A DNA stretch of 12,459 bases, from NCBI GenBank assembly GCA_051382335.1, contig JBBCAX010000330.1:1-12459 (forward strand), in the 5' to 3' direction. Under the pieces are notes generated by a model. The model was given only the letters and a program-made list of their open reading frames with translations, ran no database searches and had not been told where the DNA came from. This document shows positions 6,949-12,459 of this stretch, piece by piece. Every line of letters begins with the position of its first letter. The first letter of the stretch is position 1. The position numbers and the translations under genes are program-made. Origin of the DNA: Deltaproteobacteria bacterium TL4 (lineage in GTDB: Bacteria > SAR324 > NAC60-12).

Positions 6949-8222
6949 TGACGACTCAACCCATTATTGGCTTTGCAGGGCTCACTCATTTGGGACTTAA
7001 TTCAGCGGTTGCTGCCGCTGCTAAGGGGTTTCAAGTTGTGGGCTTTCACGAAGACCTTGAATTAGTACAAAAACTCAGGAAGGGCGAACCTCCTATTTTA
7101 GAACCTCAACTTCCAGAATTGATGCGGGAACATCATGAGAGGCTGACCTTTAGCGCGGAAACAAGTTGTCTGTCTGCCTGTCAGATTGTTTATATTGCCG
7201 TAGATGTTCCTACCGATGACCAGGGAGTGAGTGATCTTTCTCCCATCGAAAAAATGATCCAACGTGCCGCGTCCGCTATGAAACAAGACGCCTTGTTGGT
7301 CATTTTGTGTCAAGTTCCTCCTGGGTTTACTCGAACAATCACTTGGCCTGCGGAGCGGTTATATTATCAGGTGGAAACCCTCATTTTTGGACGTGCGATA
7401 GAGCGTGCGATGTTTCCTGAGCGATTTATTGTGGGTTGCGCAAATCCGGGTCAGTCATTAAATCCGAAACTTTCAGAATATCTTCAGGCCTTTGGTTGCC
7501 CCATTCTCCCCATGCGCTATGAGAGTGCCGAACTTGCCAAGATCTCCATAAATATGTGTTTGGTTGCTTCCGTGAGTACGGCCAATACCTTAGCTGAAAT
7601 CTGTGAACATATCGGGGCTGACTGGTCTGAAATAGTACCAGCTCTGCGTTTGGATAAACGTATTGGACAGTCTGCCTACCTGACGCCTGGACTTGGTATT
7701 TCTGGAGGTAACCTTGAACGTGATCTTGCCACTATTTTGAGTTATGCTCAAAAACACCATACGGATGGAGGGGTTGTCTCCGCTTGGGTGGCTAATTCCA
7801 GGTATAGAAAAGAATGGGCTTGGCGAACTTTGAATGAATTGGTTTTATCCTGTCAGGTCAATCCAAAAATTGCTGTATTGGGGTTGACTTATAAAGAAAA
7901 TACACATTCTATAAAAAACTCCCCGTCCATTGCCCTATTGGAACGGTTGAACTCCTATCCCATCAAAGCTTATGATCCTGCGGCAGATCTCCATGTTACC
8001 GGAAAAAATGTTGAACGGGTTGAAAGCGCTATTACAGCTATGGAACAAGCGGATGTTCTTTTAGTGATGACACCCTGGCCAGAATTTCGTTCCATTGAAG
8101 TTCAAGAACTGGCGAAAACCATGACTGGGAAAATTGTGATTGATCCCTATAAAATTCTGGATGGAAAGGGGCTTGTGGAAAAAGGCTTTACCTATGCCAC
8201 ACTTGGAGAACCCGTGAGATAA
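6948..8222 (+). CDS. UDP-glucose/GDP-mannose dehydrogenase family protein, atypical (catalytic Cys replaced by Asn)
   Basis: PILEPQL, SAELAKISIN, LDKRIG, PGLGISGGNLERD, LGLTYKENT, AYDP, TPWPEF all align to the family architecture. Start at ATG 6948 (TAATG coupling; AGGAG at 6933-6937) rather than 6906. Confidence 0.85.
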   Translation: MTTQPIIGFAGLTHLGLNSAVAAAAKGFQVVGFHEDLELVQKLRKGEPPILEPQLPELMREHHERLTFSAETSCLSACQIVYIAVDVPTDDQGVSDLSPIEKMIQRAASAMKQDALLVILCQVPPGFTRTITWPAERLYYQVETLIFGRAIERAMFPERFIVGCANPGQSLNPKLSEYLQAFGCPILPMRYESAELAKISINMCLVASVSTANTLAEICEHIGADWSEIVPALRLDKRIGQSAYLTPGLGISGGNLERDLATILSYAQKHHTDGGVVSAWVANSRYRKEWAWRTLNELVLSCQVNPKIAVLGLTYKENTHSIKNSPSIALLERLNSYPIKAYDPAADLHVTGKNVERVESAITAMEQADVLLVMTPWPEFRSIEVQELAKTMTGKIVIDPYKILDGKGLVEKGFTYATLGEPVR

Positions 8223-8245
8223 TCTATAAACGAAAAGGAAAAATC

Positions 8246-8677
8246 ATGAGACTTTCACTCCCTAACGTTGATCAAATTAATGAATCCAATGTTGTTTCAA
8301 GTGTAAAACAGATTGTAAAAGCCCTTGAAACAGAAGCCGATCTTTACGGGTATCATGATACCGTTTTGTATGAAGAGATCCGAAAACTACGAGAAGAGAA
8401 TAATACAGGTTTTAAATACCTCAAAATAGGTCAGGAGTTAGCGAATGAACGTTTGAATAATGTTGATCAGAGGCTTCTTTCCGTTGATCAGAGGCTTCTT
8501 TCCGTTGATCAGAGGCTTCTTTCCTTAGAGGGAAAGGTTGTTAATTTGGAAACACAACAGAAAGAAACGAATCAACAACTGAATCAAACAAATCAACGTT
8601 TAGAACATTTAGAATCCTCGCAGGAACAAATGGTAGAACTCCTGCGAATGATTGCTCATAACACGAAAAAAGATTAG
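8246..8677 (+). CDS. Hypothetical coiled-coil protein with heptad tandem repeats
   Basis: 143-aa ORF, AAAGGA SD, heptads VDQRLLS x3 and KETNQQL/NQTNQRL; ends in three consecutive in-frame stops TAG TAG TAA (8675-8683). Confidence 0.75.
   Translation: MRLSLPNVDQINESNVVSSVKQIVKALETEADLYGYHDTVLYEEIRKLREENNTGFKYLKIGQELANERLNNVDQRLLSVDQRLLSVDQRLLSLEGKVVNLETQQKETNQQLNQTNQRLEHLESSQEQMVELLRMIAHNTKKD
8462..8524 (+). repeat. Perfect 21-bp tandem repeat x3 (coding VNTR)
   Basis: GTTGATCAGAGGCTTCTTTCC at 8462-8482, 8483-8503 and 8504-8524. Confidence 0.97.
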
Positions 8678-8683
8678 TAGTAA

Positions 8684-8850
8684 GGAATGAGAATTAAATA
8701 ACTTACCCATTTGGTAAAAAGCATAGTTACTCTATTTTAACGCAGAGACGCAAAGAACGCAGAGAAATAAAATTATAAAATTCCCTCTGCGTTTCTCTGT
8801 GTCCTCTGCGCCCTCTGCGTTAAAAGGGGAAGTTATTTAATTCTTGTTCC
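8684..8850. mobile_element. 167-bp MITE-like shell with 25-bp TIRs and TAA flanks (shell D)
   Basis: GGAATGAGAATTAAATAACTTACCC (8684-8708) / GGGGAAGTTATTTAATTCTTGTTCC (8826-8850), 22/25 with a perfect 15-bp core; TAA on both sides (8681-8683, 8851-8853). Confidence 0.7.
8735..8825. repeat. Inverted element built from short ACGCAGAG / CTCTGCGT reiterations
   Basis: Perfect 13-bp outer IR TTTTAACGCAGAG / CTCTGCGTTAAAA; three ACGCARAG units on the left (8740-8764), four CTCTGYG units on the right (8785-8820), AT-rich spacer. Confidence 0.85.
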
Positions 8851-8890
8851 TAATGCATTATCTTGAAAATCGAAAAGGAGTATCTGATCC

Positions 8891-9772
8891 ATGCTGAAAC
8901 ATTTGTATGAAAAACAAACACAACCTAACCGTGTGGTCATTTTGGGTTCATCAGGTTTTGTAGCTTCTGCCTGCCATCGACGTCTTCGGTCTCTGGACGT
9001 TCCGGTATTGCCTCTACCACGCACCGTGCTAGATCTCACGAACCCTGATGCAGGAACGCAGCTCGTCAGGCTACTGGAACCTGACGATTCCCTATTGTTT
9101 GTTGCAGCTAAAGCTCCCGTAAAAACTGAGGAAATGCTGATCGATAATTTGCGCATGGCAATTTCCGTCTGCGAGGCATTGAGAAAGGTTATTGTCCAAC
9201 AGGTGGTTTATATCAGTTCTGACGCGGTCTATGCGGATAGTGATCAACCCCTGAATGAAAAATCATGCGCTCAACCCGGATCATTGCATGGGGTTATGCA
9301 CTTGGCTCGTGAGGTCATGTTAGCCAACGCATGGAAAGGCGCTCTTTGTTTTTTGCGTCCCACTCTGATCTATGGAGTCGGCGACCCTCATAATGGTTAT
9401 GGTCCCAATCGTTTTCTGAGGCAGGCGCTCAAAGGTGAAGACATTAGTTTGTTTGGTGATGGTGAAGAACGTCGAGACCATGTTTGGCTAGAAGATGTGG
9501 CTGAGCTGACTTGCCGTGTATTGCTTCATCAAAGTGAAGGAATCCTGAATATTGCTACAGGAACGGTAACTTCATTTAGAGGGATAGCCGAGCAGATCAT
9601 CCGTCTGGTTCCCAATCCGCTCCAACTCAAGAGTACCCCCAGGATAGGACCTATGCCTCACAACGGCTATAGAGCTTTTGATTGCTCTGCGACTTTGGAA
9701 GCGTTTAGTGATTTCCACTATACCCCATTAAAGCAGGGATTAGCTATCATGAAAGACCATGTAAGGAGTTAA
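8891..9772 (+). CDS. NAD-dependent epimerase/dehydratase family (atypical SDR, HxxxH at the catalytic site)
   Basis: ILGSSGFVA, YISSDAVY, LRPTLIYG, FGDGEERRDHV motifs; HGVMH occupies the YxxxK position; AAGGAG SD at 8875-8880. Confidence 0.85.
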   Translation: MLKHLYEKQTQPNRVVILGSSGFVASACHRRLRSLDVPVLPLPRTVLDLTNPDAGTQLVRLLEPDDSLLFVAAKAPVKTEEMLIDNLRMAISVCEALRKVIVQQVVYISSDAVYADSDQPLNEKSCAQPGSLHGVMHLAREVMLANAWKGALCFLRPTLIYGVGDPHNGYGPNRFLRQALKGEDISLFGDGEERRDHVWLEDVAELTCRVLLHQSEGILNIATGTVTSFRGIAEQIIRLVPNPLQLKSTPRIGPMPHNGYRAFDCSATLEAFSDFHYTPLKQGLAIMKDHVRS

Positions 9773-9776
9773 AAAT

Positions 9777-10427
9777 ATGGCTGAAGTTAATCTTTTACGG
9801 TCATTACCCCAAGGAAAACGCAATGTAAAAGCTCGGGAAGTAGCCAAGACCGAAGAGCACATTCGTATCTCCCGTGAATACGGTCAAATGTACTTTGATG
9901 GACCACGTGAATATGGATATGGTGGGTATCGCTATGATGGACGCTGGCAACCTGTCGCTAAAGATATCATTGAACATTTTGGTCTGAAATCCGGTGATCG
10001 CGTTTTAGACATTGGTTGCGCAAAAGGATTTTTGGTTAAAGACCTTCTTGCACTGGGGATTGATGTTTACGGAATTGATGTTTCCACCTATGCACTGATG
10101 AATTGTGAACCCGAAGTAGTGGGCCGCCTTCACATAGGAAGCGCGGATTCTCTCCCTTTTCCTGATGGAAGTTTTGCGGCGGTTCTTGCTATTAATACAA
10201 TCCACAACCTGACAAGAGATCAATGTATTATTGCTGTGAAAGAAATGCAGCGCCTTGCCCCAGGCAAAGGGTTTATTCAAGTGGATTCATACCACACTCC
10301 TGAACAAAAAGAGGTGTTTGAAAGTTGGGTACTGACCGCCAGATATTACGATTATCCAGAGGGCTGGATACAACTGTTTAATGAATCCGGATACACGGGT
10401 GATTGGTACTGGACCATCATCAATTGA
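9777..10427 (+). CDS. Class I SAM-dependent methyltransferase
   Basis: Motif I VLDIGCAKG, motif II YGIDVS, GSADSLPFPDGSF; AAGGAG SD. Confidence 0.88.
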   Translation: MAEVNLLRSLPQGKRNVKAREVAKTEEHIRISREYGQMYFDGPREYGYGGYRYDGRWQPVAKDIIEHFGLKSGDRVLDIGCAKGFLVKDLLALGIDVYGIDVSTYALMNCEPEVVGRLHIGSADSLPFPDGSFAAVLAINTIHNLTRDQCIIAVKEMQRLAPGKGFIQVDSYHTPEQKEVFESWVLTARYYDYPEGWIQLFNESGYTGDWYWTIIN

Positions 10428-10457
10428 TTATTAACCTCCTAGCATGATTCCAAAAAT

Positions 10458-11297
10458 ATGAGCTTACCAAATAATGCAGTTATGCCTACTTTTGATCCTG
10501 CCGCGTCCCGGCAACGTTGTCTGAAATTCAGGCGGCGGATTCTCGATATTTCTCAAACTGTTTCTGCTCTTCATGGAGCAGGCGCCTTCTCAGCTATGGA
10601 GATGGTGGAGTGTATCTACTACAGCCTCTTGCGTCGAAATCCAGATGGTTCTTCCCCTGACACATTCCTGATGTCCAAGGGACATAGCTGCATTGTGCAA
10701 TATGTGATTCTTGAAGATAAGGGGATTTTAAGCACCCAGGACATTGACCTTTATTGTAAGCCAGGGGGGCGTTTGGGGTGTCATCCTGATTACGGAGTTC
10801 CCGGCATTGAAGCCTCTACGGGTTCATTGGGACATGGGATGGGACTCGCTATTGGTATGGCTCATACAGACAAAGGTCGTGGTGAGGATCGTAAAATTTA
10901 CCTTGTAACCAGTGATGGTGAGCTACAGGAAGGTTCTACTTGGGAAACCATGATGATGGCTGCCAATCTGGAAGTGACTAATCTCATCTGTTTTTTGGAT
11001 CATAATGGTTCGCAGTCCTTTGGTCATACCAGAGAAACCCATCCCAAATTTTATCCTATTCGCGAAAAAGTTGAGGCCTTTAATTGGGAATGCGCTGAAG
11101 TCAACGGTCATGATGTCAATGCTGTTTATCATGCTGTAAAAAATCGCAAGGGAGGGAAGCCTTTCATGGTGATTGGAAATACAGTAAAAGGGCGGGGGGT
11201 TTCCTTTATGGAACATCAACCTGTCTGGCATTATCGATCACCTAATAAAACAGAGTATCAACAGGCAATTGCTGAGCTAAAGGAGATCCAGTCATGA
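10458..11297 (+). CDS. Transketolase-like protein, N-terminal (TPP-binding) subunit
   Basis: MSKGH, GCHP, STGSLGHG, SDGELQEG...DHN TPP-binding motif, TVKGRG. Confidence 0.92.
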   Translation: MSLPNNAVMPTFDPAASRQRCLKFRRRILDISQTVSALHGAGAFSAMEMVECIYYSLLRRNPDGSSPDTFLMSKGHSCIVQYVILEDKGILSTQDIDLYCKPGGRLGCHPDYGVPGIEASTGSLGHGMGLAIGMAHTDKGRGEDRKIYLVTSDGELQEGSTWETMMMAANLEVTNLICFLDHNGSQSFGHTRETHPKFYPIREKVEAFNWECAEVNGHDVNAVYHAVKNRKGGKPFMVIGNTVKGRGVSFMEHQPVWHYRSPNKTEYQQAIAELKEIQS

Positions 11298-12214
11298 GAA
11301 ATAAATTTGCGGATGTTATTTACGAAATTGGTCAAAAAGATGATCGTATCTGTGCCTTGGTTGCTGATATTTCTCCTGCAGGTTCCATGGTTAATTTTCG
11401 AGAGAAATTCCCTAAACGATTTATCAACTGCGGGGTGGCTGAACAGGCGATGATTGGTATTGCCGCAGGGATGGCACTGCGTGGTATGCGTCCCTTTTGT
11501 TATACGATTGCCACCTTTTCTTTATACCGTCCTTTTGAAATGATAAGGGTGGATCTTTGCTACCAAAAGCTGCCCGTTACCGTAATAGGGATGGGTGCGG
11601 GAGTCATCTATTCCACTTTGGGTGGCACACATCACACCATGGAAGATATCGCTGTTGCCAGTGCGATTCCAAATATGACGGTCATAGCTCCCTGTGATCC
11701 AGAGGAAATGCGTTTGGCAACCACTTGGTGCGCAACAGAAAGTAAAGGGCCCGTCTATATGCGATTAGGCAAGGCTGGAGAACCCAATTTGACGGCAAAT
11801 GCTCCGGAGCCTTTTCAAGTAGGGAAGGTCCGGTACTTAAAAAAAGGAACGGATATAGCGCTTCTTTCTTATGGCATTACCGTGGGACTCGCTTTGGAGG
11901 TTGCAAAACAATTGGAGGCACAGGGAAAATCGGTTTCCATTCTTTCTTGTCATACCATCAAACCTCTGGATCAGGCCGGGATTCAACAGATTTTTTCAAA
12001 TCATAAGCAAGTAGCGGTGATTGAAGAACATGTACCTCATGGAGGTCTGGGGTCAAGGGTGAAGGAAATGGCTTGGGATACGAAAGCTTCCTGTCGCTTG
12101 GATTGTTTTTCTCTCAAGGATGAATTCATTCACTTCTATGGCAATCATACAGAATTATTGGAAGTACATGGGTTATCGACTTCAGCCATCTGTAGCCGGT
12201 TGACAGTACCATGA
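11294..12214 (+). CDS. Transketolase-like protein, C-terminal (pyrimidine-binding + C-terminal domain) subunit
   Basis: FINCGVAEQ, GGTHH, GPVYMRLG, IKPLD, IEEH..GGLG motifs; ATGA overlap and AAGGAG SD. Confidence 0.92.
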   Translation: MRNKFADVIYEIGQKDDRICALVADISPAGSMVNFREKFPKRFINCGVAEQAMIGIAAGMALRGMRPFCYTIATFSLYRPFEMIRVDLCYQKLPVTVIGMGAGVIYSTLGGTHHTMEDIAVASAIPNMTVIAPCDPEEMRLATTWCATESKGPVYMRLGKAGEPNLTANAPEPFQVGKVRYLKKGTDIALLSYGITVGLALEVAKQLEAQGKSVSILSCHTIKPLDQAGIQQIFSNHKQVAVIEEHVPHGGLGSRVKEMAWDTKASCRLDCFSLKDEFIHFYGNHTELLEVHGLSTSAICSRLTVP

Positions 12215-12239
12215 GGGTAGGGTGTAGAAAACAGTCATA

Positions 12240-12340
12240 ATTGGCAGAATCAGCTTCCTACAGTTTTTTGCCAATGCTTTGGAGTAATCTTACTCCGAAG
12301 GAGTTCTCTAGAATAGCCCAGGGTTGCGAAGCCACGGCTT
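12240..12340. other. Cluster of hairpins downstream of the operon (possible terminator/stabiliser or repeat remnant)
   Basis: ATTGGCAGAA/TTTTGCCAAT (12240-12275), CTTTGGAGTAA-TC-TTACTCCGAAG (12277-12300), overlapping ACTCC-GAA-GGAGT (12292-12304), AAGCC-AC-GGCTT (12329-12340). Confidence 0.4.
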
Positions 12341-12459
12341 TCTCATAAAAAACCAACTTGACAAAGTATATTCATAAAAAAGGGTTCGGAGTCCCTGCAA
12401 TTATCAAGATTCTCTTTCATATTTTTCCCACCAAACTTTTTAAAAACACCAAGAACACA

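Noticed and set aside
8462..8524. 21-bp repeats as a CRISPR array
   Set aside because: Head-to-tail with no spacers and in frame within a coding sequence.
2471..11231. Ten short minus-strand ORFs from the ORF track (2471, 3292, 3835, 5078, 5176, 6508, 7098, 8833, 10005, 10923)
   Set aside because: All lie antisense to well-supported enzyme genes and show no motifs; shadow ORFs.
12358..12386. TTGACA as a sigma70 -35 box
   Set aside because: No -10-like hexamer at 16-18 bp spacing (AGGGTT at 17 bp).

Overview
Bacterial chromosomal window with all real genes on the + strand. 195-1482 holds two tandem, divergent retropepsin-like (clan AA, DTG) aspartic protease genes. 1876-12214 is a tightly coupled nucleotide-sugar (probably higher-carbon sugar or surface glycan) biosynthesis cluster: GmhB-like phosphatase, three extended SDR epimerase/dehydratases, a nucleotidyltransferase+PfkB kinase fusion in reversed HldE order, a Gfo/Idh/MocA oxidoreductase, a UDP-glucose-dehydrogenase-like protein lacking the catalytic Cys, a SAM methyltransferase and a split transketolase pair. 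A small coiled-coil gene with a perfect 21-bp tandem repeat interrupts the cluster. The intergenic regions contain nested non-coding elements: five MITE-like shells from four terminal-inverted-repeat families (673-1032, 815-1008, 1491-1602, 1682-1785, 8684-8850), with target-site duplications ranging from perfect to degenerate, each enclosing a different REP-like palindromic core. Two shells share a 25-bp identical end but carry unrelated REP doublets. No rRNA, tRNA, CRISPR array or transposase gene is visible.
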